Assembly (NCBI GenBank): GCA_022813865.1
Contig: JALDZX010000050.1
Coordinates: 62,001-126,000, forward strand
Length of the DNA stretch: 64,000 nt
Direction: 5' to 3'
Source: Xylographa opegraphella
Lineage: Eukaryota
Shown: positions 37,339 through 50,656 of the stretch, in pieces
Layout of the letters: each line of letters starts with the position of its first letter
Position numbering within the stretch: the first letter of the stretch is position 1
Made by a program: the position numbers and the translations under genes
Notes under the pieces: generated by a model
Database searches by the model: none
What the model saw: the letters and a program-made list of their open reading frames with translations, nothing else
Told to the model about the DNA's origin: nothing

Positions 37339-39232
37339 GATGGACTGTCGAAGCCTACAGTTCGCTGGTTGGAGGTTGCGTAACTGAAGATATTCCTACT
37401 GGAACATGGGGAGCTCAGGGAAATCAAAGCAATCTCAAAGGATTTCTGGTAGTAGACTATCAATATATGCAGTGGAAATACTTAAAGGCAATGCAGGAGT
37501 TATATGACAGTGCATGGAATATTCCACATTCACTAACACGAAGCTTCTATATATAACTGACTGTGCTGGCAAACCCCAGTGCATCAACATCGTGCCGAAA
37601 ACAAAGACCCTGAGTCACTTCGCGAAGTGTCAGATTATCTTTGAGGAATGCAGTGAGTCGATCACAAAAAACAGGCGATTGTGATCGTGAAACTTGTTTT
37701 CCAGACCAGATCTGAACTAGCTGCCCTTGTTTCTGAGGACCGACTTGTGAGCCTTGTCGTCGATTCTGATTGGCTGTTGGGACAAGCCAGCAACGGTTTA
37801 CCGCTGATACAAAATGCTAAATCCAACGACAAACGCCCCGCTGCGTCATGGCGGCTGCCTCCAAAATTGCCCACCACAAACAAAAGCGCTGTGAGGTCAA
37901 GGTAGATTCGATCATATTACCAATTGTAAATGTTGTCGTTGAGGTTGACAAGGATGGTACTAGAATTTATGTTCTGTCCATCGGTACGACGTATGGTACA
38001 AGACATTCATCCATGCATTCGTATCCAATAGGCTTGCTATCATATCGGCCTTCGTAGCGGGTCTACGTACCGCTATGATTTGTACATTGTTATTCTTCAT
38101 CATGTCATACAGGAGCTCTTTGAGCTAAAACGTTCTGTTCTAACAAATTACCCGTGGGGCCGGCTCAGAGATCGATAACAAAACACTTCTTAACAAGAAA
38201 CCCGAGTGAGGCAACGTCAGACAACATATGGGCATGAGAACTCCAAGTAGCTACTCTAGCGAGCTCTTAGTCGAATTGTGGAGTAACATCTGTTGAATGG
38301 ACCAGCTGTCAACGAGTGCTGCTACAATAGACTGGAGTACGATCAACCCCCTGCCGACCTGCGATAGAGGTGCCGAAGCTCTAAATAATAGTACGCCGGA
38401 GGAGGATTGCTCTCAGTAGCCTTGACCTCTGCCCTCCGTAGTGGGCAAACTCCCGGCAGTAGTGCAATTATCCCACACCAATCGAACTTTCTTAGATGAA
38501 GATGATGCACATTGAAAGCACATTTTCGAAGAATGTATACCGGTGGTTCGGGAAGTGACAAAAGTTCGAATATTGGCAGTTTGCAAAATCTCGGTGATGA
38601 GTTCTTCCAAACCAGTGCCAAAGGTTGATACCTAGATTTAAATAGATCTAGAGTGACTAACTTCGCTAATCAGGTAATGGCGAATATAATCGAACGGAAT
38701 CATACCATAGGGATAACATTTGAGCTAAGGCCTTCGTGTCATGTCATATGATGCTTTGACCGGATGCGACCATTGTCCCCATTTGATTATCCCGAATTTG
38801 TAGCCTTCGGAATGTGTCATAATAGCCACCAACGGAATCGATTGTTGGTCTGTCAGCAGCGCTTGCCACGGTTGAAACACAAAGAGCGCAGCTGTATTTG
38901 TGGAGTAACCAGAACTCGTCTGTGCAGCGATTCATAAGCATGGTTGCAGTTGCATATAAAAAGCTCTGCTTACCTCTGGCATACATTCGCCTCTGACAGA
39001 GACCTCTACTTTCCGCTATCTTTGCTGAAAACATGGAGGAAAAGGTGTTCACACAACCCAAATTGATCAGAGTCCCATCCCAGCATGACAACGTTAAGAC
39101 TTGCTCAAAATAGCAACCGTAGCGCCCAGGAACATCCGACCTGATATCCAGTTCTCATTTGGCTTTGTTGAATCTAGACCTCTTCGTAAGCGTCTCATCG
39201 CCGTAATATTTCATAGTTCAAGGACTGTATCT

Positions 39233-40109
39233 CTATCGCCATTGCGCTCCAAAAAGGCGAAATCCTTGAGCCTTTGACTTCTTCTCTGCGTCAGTATTTC
39301 TGAGGTATATTGTTGCTTGTCCTACAAGTTGTTGGTCAGTGAAAATTTAAGTATGCGAAATCAAGAAGTACCCTTAATATCAAGTGTAAGATACTTGTAC
39401 TCGTATTCCGAAGTCGCAGGGTTTTTCATCATATGCACATTAACTACTCCCCTACCCAGCGGTCCCTCGACCTGTAGGCTCAGTCAGTATCTCCAATCTT
39501 AAATCAGTTCAAGATCCGCGAACATTGAAGTGCATCAAGAGATGTTCGCGGCCGTTCCCGTCCTTTCTTGTGCTCGAACTAGATACCACGTGTGAGCAGG
39601 GGACACGACAAAAGACACTTCTGCTTACGCGACAGGTCTTGATCTCGCCCACCTGTTCCATGTAGGTTCGCCAAAGGCCCGTATCTTCTTCGGGGGCCCT
39701 AAGGCCTCTTGAGCTCTTGGACTTGCTCGAACCTCGTCTACTGCGCGGTTGAAGATACTGGTCCTGCTATCTGCTGCAAAGACATCGGTATAGAGCAGGT
39801 ATGCCACTCCTCCCTGAATCCATTAGTCCCAGTGATAGACATAACCTGGAACCGACATACAGTCATAACAAGGCCACTCAGGATTACACCCAGGTGGAGG
39901 GTCTTCTGAGTTGTCCGCGCAGCCTTCTCCCTTACAGATAAGTCTTTCCAAGTCACTCTGCCATCGTCATTGGCGATAGTAACCTGTTTCCTCGTCGCGA
40001 TTGGGGCTCGTCCAAGATCACTTTGAGTGGCATAAGCACGGACAAAGGACGGCAAGCTCAGCCGTAGTCGGTATGCCAATGCAGCATTCAGAGGTTTAAG
40101 CGGTAACAT
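39233..40109 (-). CDS. TIM21: Mitochondrial inner-membrane translocase subunit Tim21; multi-exon
   Basis: Presequence-like start, 'WKDLSVREKAARTTQ', a single TM, 'IRAFGEPTWNRWARSRP', 'HLLMHFNV', 'EYEYKYLTLD' and terminal 'FRLFGAQWR'. Confidence 0.88.
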
Positions 40110-40360
40110 AGTGATTGAGTCGTACAAAGACCGCCATCCAACGTAGAGTAGTTTCCACTGGAGAGAATGTGGTTCCTCCTGCTGAAATGCGGAGGATAAA
40201 ATACTAGGGTTTCCTGCAAGGGTCTGAGGTGACTAATCCAACGAATTGCATTTCAAAGGCCACTTCAATTCTTGACATTAGATCCATGAATGTGGTGACT
40301 GCTTCGAAGTTGCCCAGTCGCACAGTTCAATAGAAATAGCTACCTGCTATCATCATTACT

Positions 40361-42101
40361 ATGTCTTCCGCTACCAAATCCCAGTCTCAGAAGATATTCG
40401 AGAAGCTGAAGACAAAGGCCGCGAACAAAGTGAGTCGCCAGAAGACTTCAGACGGACGATTGCTAATTTTATAAGATCTGTTTTGATTGCGGCACTAACA
40501 ATCCAACTTGGTCCAGTGTACCTTTCGGCATATACTTATGCCTCGACTGTTCAGCTGTGCACAGGAACCTAGGAGTGCACATATCCTTTGTTAGATCAAC
40601 TAACCTCGACCGTAAGCTATCTCATTGGTATTAGGGTTCTGAGACTGACAGATATATCACAGAATGGCAATGGGATCAGCTACGGATAATGAAAGTTGGC
40701 GGTAACGAATCTGCAACCAAGTACTTCCAATCGCATGGAGGGTCGGCTGCTCTAGCCAGCAAGGACGCCAAGGTTCGGTACACCTCAAACACTGCTACGA
40801 AATACAAGGATGAATTGAAGCGGCGGGCAGCGGCAGATGCGCGAGAGTATGTGGATGCATGACATGTCTGCTCCAACATACTAACCATCACTCAGGTTTC
40901 CTGATGAAGTCTCTATCACCGATGTCCTATCCCCAACATTTAAGGATGGAACTGCTACACCGTCTGGAGAACCCGGGGACGATTTTTTCTCGTCATGGGA
41001 CAAACCATCCATTAAAAGGCCCAGCAATCCCCCGTCAAGGACACAAACTCCCCCAGTAATCAGTCGAACAGCCTCCCCATTCCTTACTGCGGGCGCGAAC
41101 GGCAGTAGTGCAGCTCGTTCGAAAACACCTCTGTCAAATGCCGATAGCGAAATACCTCCTACTGCGTCACGAACAATTTCATCTTCCACCATCCGGAAAA
41201 CCGCCACGACTGGAGGTCCTCGAAAAGCAAATGTTCTTGGTGCGAAGAAGACACAAAAGCTTGGGGCGAAAAAGATTACAGGTGCTGATGGAATCGATTT
41301 CGAGGCTGCTGAGAAGAAGGCGAAGGAGGAGGCGGAGAGGATAGCCAAGCTTGGGTATGACCCAGACGCGGAAGACACGAAAGAGACGACTATTACCTCA
41401 CCTACAGAGAAACCCAAGATTGCATCGCCAACGCCTATCAGCCCGCCCAGAGCAGGATTCGGGTCTACACAAGCTGTAGGGCATCAGCGCAGTCCTAGTG
41501 AAGTTGAGCGGCTGGGCATGGGTATGACAAGGCTTGGATTTGGACAAGTGGGTGGAGGAAAAGCAAGTCCAGCTGCGGCGCCTAAGAAGATGGGCTTTGG
41601 TTCTGTAGGGACATCGAAGCCTACCCAAGAAGGTCCGTTCTCAGTAACCCATGTACTGGTGTACTCTTTACTGATCCCTGTCAATATGAATCAGACGATG
41701 ATGAGAAGTATGCACGTGCAAAGTTCGGTACCCAGAAGGGTATATCTTCCGATGAGTTCTTTGGCCGCGCGGCATTTGATCCAGCAGCTCAAACCGAAGC
41801 GAAATCTCGTCTGCAAGGATTTGAAGGTGCAACTTCTATCTCAAGTAACGCATACTTCGGACGTCCTGAAAGTGAGACCCCGGTAGATGAGTATGGCAAC
41901 TATGGCGACCTGGAGGGTGCAGCGCGAGATTTTGTTCGAAAATTTGGCGTTACCGCTGGAGACGATCTGGAAAATCTAACACAGGTGCTAGGGGAAGGGG
42001 CAAGCAAGTTGCAAGGTATGTGATTTTTGTGAACACCCTTGTGGTAGGTAGCAACGCTAATCTGTATTTTAGGAGCCATTAGGAATTACTTGAACAGTTG
42101 A
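40361..42101 (+). CDS. GLO3: ADP-ribosylation factor GTPase-activating protein (Glo3/ArfGAP2-3 type); multi-exon
   Basis: Zinc finger CFDC...CLDC, '[17 protein letters not shown]', '[10 protein letters not shown]', '[11 protein letters not shown]', and Glo3 motifs '[11 protein letters not shown]' and '[11 protein letters not shown]'. Confidence 0.92.
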
Positions 42102-42551
42102 GTGTGTGGGGACGCGATGATTATGTAGGCTACATGTACCAGAAGAGCAGAATAGAGATTGCATATATGGTACAAGGTGTACGAGGACATGTCTCACCTT
42201 GCCATCATTGAGGACATGGACCAGATCAAGACCTTGCTGCACGTGGCGCTCAAGATCCATCAGGTTACTGGAGGACATCGTTTTAGACACCAAACGGTCC
42301 GGCATATTTACCTTGGGTCATGACGGGATTTCTGTCAGGAGTTTTACTGGCACTGATTGTCAACAATAAGCGAAGCCAGGGTGGTCAATTGTCTTCGCTT
42401 CATGCTTTGGTCTTCCTTTTAGAAAAGCTTACGCCAAAGACACCATGCACAGTTGATGTGGATGTGCAAGGAAAAACGTTACCGTCAATGAACCATTAAT
42501 ACAGTACCTTCACGTGTATTATGTACATTAGCAGCCCATCACTCTACGCCC

Positions 42552-44277
42552 TCAAACTCTCCAAATCGCATCAGCCATCTTCGCAACTTGCGCCATTTCC
42601 TTTACGTCATGCACCCTGACCACGTCTGCTCCACCCTGAATAGCAGCCGTCACCGTAGCAGCCGTGCCCCAAACTCGTTGGCTGGCCTCCTTCACCCCCG
42701 TAATCTTTCCGATGAAGCCCTTCCGGCTAGCTCCTACAAGCCACGGAAATCCGTGCAGACCTTCCAACTCGCGCAGTTCGCCAAGCCCCCGCAAAAGCTC
42801 TAGATTCTGTGCTTGGTTCTTGGCAAACCCAATCCCGGGATCGAGTATAATTCGCCAACGGAATATTCCTACTTTCTCGGCGGCATGGACCCGAGCCTGG
42901 AGTTCGGAGGCGACGGTGGGGAGGAGTCCTTCCGGGTAAGAAGTAAGTTTTGTCATTGTGGCAGGTGTGCCACGCATATGCATAAGGATGATGGTGCAGC
43001 CGAGCCTTGCAGCTGTAGGAAGCATCTCGGGGTCTGACGTTCCGGCAGAGACGTCGTTGATGATATTGGCGCCAGCAGTGATAGCCGCAGCGGCAACAGA
43101 AGCGCGGTAGGTGTCGACTGAAAGAGCAATGTTCGCGAATTCGGGCATGGACCGGATGAGCTGGATGGTGGGGAGGATACGGGAGAGTTCTTCATCCGGA
43201 GACACTTCTTCGGCGTTCGGCCGGGTTGACTGTCCGCCTAGATCTAGGATCGTGGCGCCGGAGACGATCATGGAGCGTATGGTTGGGAGAAGCGACGAAG
43301 GTTCAGAGGGGTGAATACCACCATCGGAGAAAGAGTCTGGAGTCAAGTTGAGAATGGCCATAACATGTGTCGGACGTGTTGAAGAGAGCGGAGTCAGGGG
43401 TGGAAGGGTAGGATGGATAGGGATCGATGAGGAAAGCGGCGGGACAGATGGTGGTAGGATCGCGAGGTGGTCTCTGAACGTGCCAGGATTAATGCCGGCT
43501 GGCAGAGTTTCGTTTGGTATCAAGCTTCGATGTGTCAGCCATTGGTTTCCTTGCAAGCCAGGGGTTCTCTTACTCGCATAGAGGCCGGAGGACGAACTCG
43601 CGTTCGAGCATCAGCTTGTGGGGTACGGAGAGATTCTCCTCATCAAAAGTAGTATTTCTGTGAAGTAAGATATCAAGGTCGACATTTCGTGGTCCTTTTT
43701 CGATAGTCTTTTGTCTGCCTAGTCGGCTTTCTATAGTCTTGATAGCTTGTAGCAGCTGCTGCGGCGCATAGTCATCTGCATTGACCTAAGTTACCCATGA
43801 GTGGCAGCTCCTTCGAGAAGTGACTAAGCTAAAGCAATGTAGACTGACCTGACACACTGCATTTAGGAAAGTATCCTGATCTTCTACATACATGGGTTTC
43901 GTCTCATATAATGCGCTAGTACGGAGCACTTTAATTCCTGCTCGAGACAACTCCCGGCAAGCTGACTCAATGTACCCAACACGATCGCCTAGGTTGCTTC
44001 CCAGAGCAATATAAGTTCCCATAGCCCCCACATGATTTCTTGAACCGTGGTTTGAGAGCGAGGAAGTCCGTCGATTCTTCTGAGAACACGTAGGTAAGCC
44101 GCTTATGGTACGACCCGAGCTATTGAAAAAGTGATGACTTTGTACAGTGTTGGTATGAAACCCAACATAATTCTTCTGAGCCTCGGCATTCCAGGGGTTA
44201 CGTGTGAAAGAGTTTGGATAATGGAGTGCAGGGCGGTGATGTGCCAACCGCATGCAGAGCCTTAGTGGCAGCTTCAT
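42552..44277 (-). CDS. FOL1: Folic acid synthesis protein, HPPK plus dihydropteroate synthase fusion; 3 exons
   Basis: HPPK motifs 'YIALGSNLGDR', 'LYETKPMY', 'GPRNVDLDIL' and 'PHKLMLEREFVLRPL'. DHPS motifs 'MAILNLTPDSFSDGG', 'GGQSTRP', 'LMHMRG', 'ILDPGIGF', 'GASRKGF' and 'VRVHDV'. Confidence 0.93.
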
Positions 44278-44697
44278 AAGGGGCGATATTGCTAAGAAAC
44301 ATATACATAATTGATCAATCAGTGCGTCAACAGATCGCTAGCTGTTTTGATGAGGCCGTAGTTTTAAGGAACGTATGAAGCTTTCACATTCTGTAGCATA
44401 CGCTTCGTACATTTCGAGAAAAAGAATACACATCTGATCAAATCATCCTGAGGTAGAATTTTGAATTTCTTTGACTCCGACACGATAGTAAGCGTGCCCA
44501 GATGTGCTTAGATACGAAGTGTTTGTGGAGTAATAAACCCTCGACCGTATTTACCTCGGCCCATCGAAGGTGAGGATCACACTATGGAACGACGCCTTTC
44601 TCCTTGAATCCGCTTTTTCTGATTTCTATCATCTACCCATCTACGACTCATACATAGAGGAACAGTATTATCCTCTCAGACTCGCTCAGTATTAAGC

Positions 44698-45986
44698 ATG
44701 GCGTCACCCCGTAAGGCTTCCTGCGCCCAGAAGTATGTCTTGACATGTACTGACTCGTGAACAGAGCAAATCCGCACTACGGTCACGGACCTCCTCAAGA
44801 TCAACCATCCTGTAATGCTAGCAGGAATGAACGTTGCTGCTGGTCCCAAACTCGCCGCCGCTGTTACTAATGCAGGTGGCATCGGCGTTATTGGGGGCGT
44901 TGTCAGTCTGCCCATGACCTTACACTTATCGCTCAAGCCAACGGACTTTTAGGGCTATACCCCAGACATGCTCCGCGAACAGATTTCCGAGCTCAAAAGT
45001 TTCCTTAAGGACAAGGATGCCCCTTTTGGTGTGGATCTCCTGCTTCCCCAAGTCGGGGCGGGTGCAAGAAAAACGAAGTAGGCATAACTCCACTGAGAGC
45101 AAAGAGGTTTGATTGATGTTACCCAGTTATGACTACACAAAAGGCAAACTCGACGACTTGATCGGTATCATTATCGATAGCGGTGCTAAGCTATTCGTCT
45201 CCGCGGTCGGCGTGCCTCCCATGCACGTTGTGGAACGTCTACACAAAGCCGGAGTTCTTTATATGAATATGATGTGCGTACCCCAGGTCGGCTTGCTCAT
45301 CATCGAGAATGATGCTTACATGATATCGAAGTGGTCACCCTAAGCATGTACAAAAATGTCTAGATGTAGGCGTAGACATCATATGTGCTCAAGGAGGAGA
45401 AGGAGGTGGACACACAGGGGATGTCCCGACCACTATCTTGATACCTACGGTGGTTCAAATGGTGAAAGGCAAAACAAGTCCTATGACAGGTGACCCTGTA
45501 CAGGTTGTTGCCGCTGGAGGTCTTTTCAACGGTCAATCCCTGGCCGCCGCCCTTATGCTCGGTGCGAGTGCTGTTTGGATCGGAACAAGATTCGTGTTAT
45601 CCAAGGAAGCGGGAGCGCCCAAGGCTCACCAAGAAGCTGTACGAACATCCGGGTTTGACGATAATGTTCGGACCATCATTTTCACTGGGCGGCCGTTGCG
45701 CGTCCGCATGAACGCTTATATCAAGAATTGGGAAGAGAATCGTGCCTCGGAGATTAAAGAGCTGACAGCCAAGGGTGTCATTCCCGTTGAGCACGACTTC
45801 GAAACACTGGGGGATGAGATTGATGATGACACTATGGACAATGCCAGACCCTTCTTGATGGGCAAAGCCGCTGCCGTGGTCAACGAAAAGAAGAGTGCAA
45901 AGGAGATTGTGGATGAGATGGTCACTGACGCTGTCACATGGTTACAAAAGGGCAACAAGATGATTGCGAAGCAATCCAAATTGTAA
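44698..45986 (+). CDS. Nitronate monooxygenase / 2-nitropropane dioxygenase family FMN enzyme; multi-exon
   Basis: 'HPVMLAGMNVAAGPKLAAAVTNAGGIGVIGG', 'PFGVDLLLPQVG', 'AQGGEGGGHTG' and 'VVAAGG...LMLGASAVWIGTRF'. Confidence 0.9.
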
Positions 45987-46586
45987 ACTATTCGTTGGGA
46001 CGAGCTGTGTTCAATGTACGGCCGGCGTTGTTATGGTTTAGCATGTCACCATGTAGATATTGCATAATGATCATTCGAAAATTTATCCCGGGCGGATGTC
46101 GGAAGAGCCAAATGTAGGGTATAATGCTCGGTTTTTAATATAGACCTAGTACAACAACGTAGTAGTTCCTGCAGATGCCCCCAAGTCTACCTTAGGTGCC
46201 CTAAGGTACTTTGTAGGTACCACGACCGAATTGCTGCATAGGCTTGATGCTTAGGTAACCAAGGAACGATTCACTGAAAGGGCTTTTCATGCTTTGGCAT
46301 CTCCAATTGTCTGTATATATGAAGGTAATGCAACACGTATTGTTGTTTCCAAACCTACCTATCCTTTCGGAAGCAATGCCCAGCTTTTCTCAACAGAACC
46401 TTGCCTCCCTAGAGTGGAGACAGTTCACGCCCTCGCCTTTCCTCCTCGGAGTCATGGGCCGTTCGCGTACTCGACGTGGATGACAGACGTGCTGCTGCCG
46501 TCCTCCATCACGCATCTTACTCTCTTCTCTGTATAAGTCAAAGTTAGGTTCACTTGTTCATACTCAAAAGCGTAATTGACGCAACG

Positions 46587-47135
46587 TCAAGAATCAAAAC
46601 CGAGTAAAGTATCACGCTTACCTTCAACCTCAGGCTGCGACTTCCGCCTGATCCTCCCCATGATATTCTTCCAAGGCTGCTTCACAACCTTGTCCACAAC
46701 GCTATTCACTTTCCTGCACAGCTTCTCCACCGAATTCTCCCGCGCCGCGCGAGCATCTCGGTAGCGTTGCCGAGTCATCTCGAGATCTCGGCGTTCCGCT
46801 TCGATGAAATGCTGGTTGTACTGCCCATAGGGACCTCTTCTGTAATGGTGAGAATCCGCTGCGGGTAGCCAGGAAACATGCCTTGCTGCGTAGCGTGGTA
46901 TTTCGTGCGCCTGGTGCGACGGTGAAGGCGACCGGGAAGTGGATACGTAATATTCGTTTCCATTGTCGTCTTCGAATATCCCCCCAGCGGTGGTGGTGGT
47001 AGTGGCAGTTGTCGTGGTTATAGAGAAGGTGCTGGTGACCTCGCGAACCGGTAACCGAGAGGGTGACACGTATGCATCCCAGTAACGGGAGGCTTCGGCG
47101 TGGAAGTAATCCATGGGAGTCGATTGTGGTTGCAT
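46587..47135 (-). CDS. Hypothetical 182-aa protein with a poly-Thr tract and a basic helical C-terminus
   Basis: Uninterrupted ATG-initiated ORF after a pyrimidine-rich leader. No family recognised. Confidence 0.5.
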   Translation of the reverse strand: MQPQSTPMDYFHAEASRYWDAYVSPSRLPVREVTSTFSITTTTATTTTTAGGIFEDDNGNEYYVSTSRSPSPSHQAHEIPRYAARHVSWLPAADSHHYRRGPYGQYNQHFIEAERRDLEMTRQRYRDARAARENSVEKLCRKVNSVVDKVVKQPWKNIMGRIRRKSQPEVEGKRDTLLGFDS

Positions 47136-49092
47136 TGGGGTTGAAATGTGCGGGAAGAGGTCAACCGAGAAGTAAGTGCTGTGTGAAGAGTATGGAGAAG
47201 CAGTGACAGGATCGATAGTTGAAGGAGAATGGAAGTTGATACGGAGAATGGGAATTGGAGACAGACATCGGGTTATAGATATAAGTAAAGGGTATTTCTC
47301 ATTAGGCCGCTATGATATAATCAGTTATATTTCAAATATACTGGTAGTCAAAACACAAATGGGTTTGGGGAAGCTGCGGACGGAACTCAAATGGAAAGAA
47401 GTAGCTTAGCGTCTTCACCGCCAAGGCTCGTGGCCGACTCAAGTGCTTTGTCCTTTCCCAAGGTCTGCGGCGTTGCGTGCCTCTTGTTGGCGGTACATTC
47501 TTCCAGTGGCGATTCGAGCCACCTTAGCCCGCATCAACATATATTTCCCGACGGACATCTCTGATATACGATGCATTACCTTCGCCCAGCGTTTGGCTAA
47601 AGCCATCTTGTTGTGCCACATACAGCCAAAAACAGTGACCTTTAGCTCTTCATTGTCCAATGTACTGAAATTGATTGTAGGCGAGAGTAGGCAGAATGAG
47701 AGCCATAGCTGTTCATGGCATTTTGTGAGCCACTACTTCAATATTCCTCATGTCGAATGAAGCGAATATTTTACAGGCACGATTTGAAGCTGTATGCTGG
47801 TCTATGTGAGAAGTTTGGGGACGACTTCATTGTGGTCGCGAATTGCTTAAACTCAGTATGACACCACTGCTGCGGTACACGGTATGATCAAATATTGTGG
47901 TCCGATCCTACTTGCCCTCCTTGTCGGCTTCGTAAATAGTATAGGAAGTCGGGAGCTGGCTATAGGTAATGACTATGGACCGAATGTCGATGCATGACCA
48001 TACCCTGTCGTGCAATACCGTTTTGACTTTGTGGGTTTGGCAGGCACGCTGGTGACCGAGCTTGTTTGCCCATCTGTTGCTCACATTTTTTACCAACCAT
48101 GAAACGGGGTTTGCGTCCTCTTAAGGCGCATTTGCTTGTCGTTGGCCACTGATTCACCAGCTGGTCCAGGCACCATTGTCGATGAAAACAGCATAGCCGA
48201 AGCACGAAATGGGATTAAAGATAAGATGCTCAGCGAAAGCACAGATCAATGGTTGGGCATTTAAGTAACGACGATGAAATAATCCACAGTAAAACAGACT
48301 ATCAGCTTATGCCGCGTGGTGCTAAAGTGGTAGGTTGTCGAGATAGCGCTGGCGGAGACGGTAATTATGGACAACGATGAAGTATATGTTGATGTTTGAA
48401 ATAACGCTATGGAAAGAAAGTGCATATGAAAGGAAATCCGAGTCTGGAAGAAATTGATTTTGACAGACATAATCCGGTGAAGGTTGCAAATTACTTGAAC
48501 GTAAGTCATGTATACGAAGTCGAACATTCAAACACTCTGCATAAATCGAAAGAATTAGCGCCTTTGATGATCATCGTACATTTGAAGCACAATCGAAGAG
48601 CATCATATAGACCCAAGATCTTTGAGTTCATGTCAGGTATCTAAGTGTTGATGAGCAATAGCAAATAGTCCCTAAAATGCGGAACTGTGACACATTAGAG
48701 GATCGACTGCCGGTCGACTGCCGGTTATCTCCGGTATGGATTGTTCCATTGAATGCCAGAGAATCCGACAGGACGGCCTCCGTTTGATGTACGAAGTACG
48801 GGTCAAGTGTCTTGAAGAGATGATGGATACAAGTAGCTTCGGTACAGAGTCGAGTGAGCTTGACCTAGGATAGGATTGAATAGGACTAGCGCCGGCAGTC
48901 CGCCGGCAAGGAATTCTCCATCAATCATACGCTCTCATTCGAATTCTTTGGCACTACTTTGGCGATGGTTCTCATGTAGTAGTCAATGAGGGAGAGGAGC
49001 AATGATGGCCCACGCACGAATCGCCGAACTTGTCCTGGATCGAGGGCTCAGGAGGGCGTACACTTCAAACTTTTCTTAGTTAAGACCGCGAA

Positions 49093-50656
49093 ATGGTCAC
49101 CATTACGGGCTTCACTTCGAAGGATGTCAGGTTTCCTGTAAGCTCATAACCCTCCACAATCGTGTTACCTCCTTAACTGAACGGCGGCCAGACATCTCTT
49201 GATAAGACTGGCTCAGATGCCATGAATGCTGCTGGAGATTACTCCTCTGCCTACTGCATTTTAAGCACCGACTCGATCTACACAGGCCATGGAATGGTGA
49301 TAAAGAATGCAACCGGTGCTCTATCTTCGCTGCTAAATGAAACCTCAGACATTTACGATTGGGCGAGGCAATGAGATAGTATGTGCAGCCATTCTTAACG
49401 TTGCCGAGCGTCTCAAGGGCAAGACTCTGGATTCTCTCGTTGCGAATTGGGGCCAGACCTGGAGGTATCTTGTCTCTGACAGCCAACTTCGCTGGATTGG
49501 TCCAGAAAAGGGTGTCATTCACCTCGCACTTGGGGCCGTGGTCAACGCCGTTTGGGACCTTTGGGCGAAGACTTTAGGCAAGCCTGTCTGGCGGATTGTT
49601 GCTGAGATGTCTCCTGAAGAATTTGTCCGCTGCATCGACTTTCGGTACATCACAGACGCCATCACACCGGACGAAGCCGTGATGATGCTCAAAAAAGAAG
49701 AAGGGGGCAAAGCTAGGAGGATGAAAGAAGCGGAGCAGTCCCGAGCTGTGCCCGCGTACACCACTAGTGCTGGATGGCTGGGATATGGAGAGGCGAAAAT
49801 GAAGGGCTTACTTCAGGAAACGTTGAGTAAGGGATACCGCCATTTCAAGTTGAAGGTCGGTACAAGCGTGGAAGTGGACAAGAGAAGATTGACAATTGCA
49901 CGAGACGTGATTGGATATGACAAGGGCAACATTCTCATGGTGGATGCAAATCAGGTAACCGAGTCAATTTTGAGATCTGCGAACTCTCCAGCTTGGCAAG
50001 ACTGACCGAACAAAGGTCTGGTCAGTACCAGAAGCCATAGAGTACATGCAACATCTGGTACCTTTCCAGCCCTGGTTCATCGAAGAGCCGACTTCCCCGG
50101 ACGATATTCTTGGCCACAAAGCTATCCGAGAAGCTCTCAAGCCCATGAACATTGGCGTGGCTACAGGTGAAATGTGTCAAAATCGTGTCATCTTCAAGCA
50201 GCTGATCGTATCCGGCGCTATCGACGTCTGTCAGATCGATGCCTGCAGAATGGGGGGCGTCAACGAAGTTCTAGCAGTCTTACTAATGGCAAAGAAGTCT
50301 GTCTCGTTATTTTGGTCTAACGTGTCGTATTCGCTAAAGTAAATTACAGGTTCAATATTCCTATTGTCCCCCACTCTGGTGGAGTGGGGCTTCCAGAGTA
50401 TACTCAGCATCTCAGCACTATTGATTATGTCGTGGTTTCCGGCAAGCTGTCAGTCCTTGAGTATGTTGACCATCTCCATGAACATTTCTACCATCCTTCA
50501 GTCATCAAGGATGGATATTATCAAACACCCACCGAGCCTGGATATAGTGTCGAGATGAAGCCGGAGAGTATGAAGCACTTTGGCTTCCCCGGCGAAGCAG
50601 GTGGTTTCTGGCGGAGCAAAGAGGCTAGGCCTATCTTAGAAGGAGAAAAGATATAA
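49093..50656 (+). CDS. lgd1: L-galactonate dehydratase (enolase superfamily; fungal D-galacturonate catabolism, GaaB/Lgd1); multi-exon
   Basis: 'DVRFP|TSLDKTGSDAMNAAGDYS', 'TFTIGRGNEIVC', 'SQLRWIGPEKGVIHLA', 'PAYTTSAGWLGY', 'FKLKVG', 'MVDANQ', 'FIEEPTSPDD', 'VATGEMCQN' and 'LEYVDHLHEHF'. Very close to the Trichoderma Lgd1 sequence as I recall it. Confidence 0.9.

Noticed and set aside
38413..38621. 'ANIRTFVTSR' resembling the sensor motif of fungal NACHT/NLR proteins
   Set aside because: No Walker A or Walker B motif in the adjacent sequence I translated, and the ORF is short.
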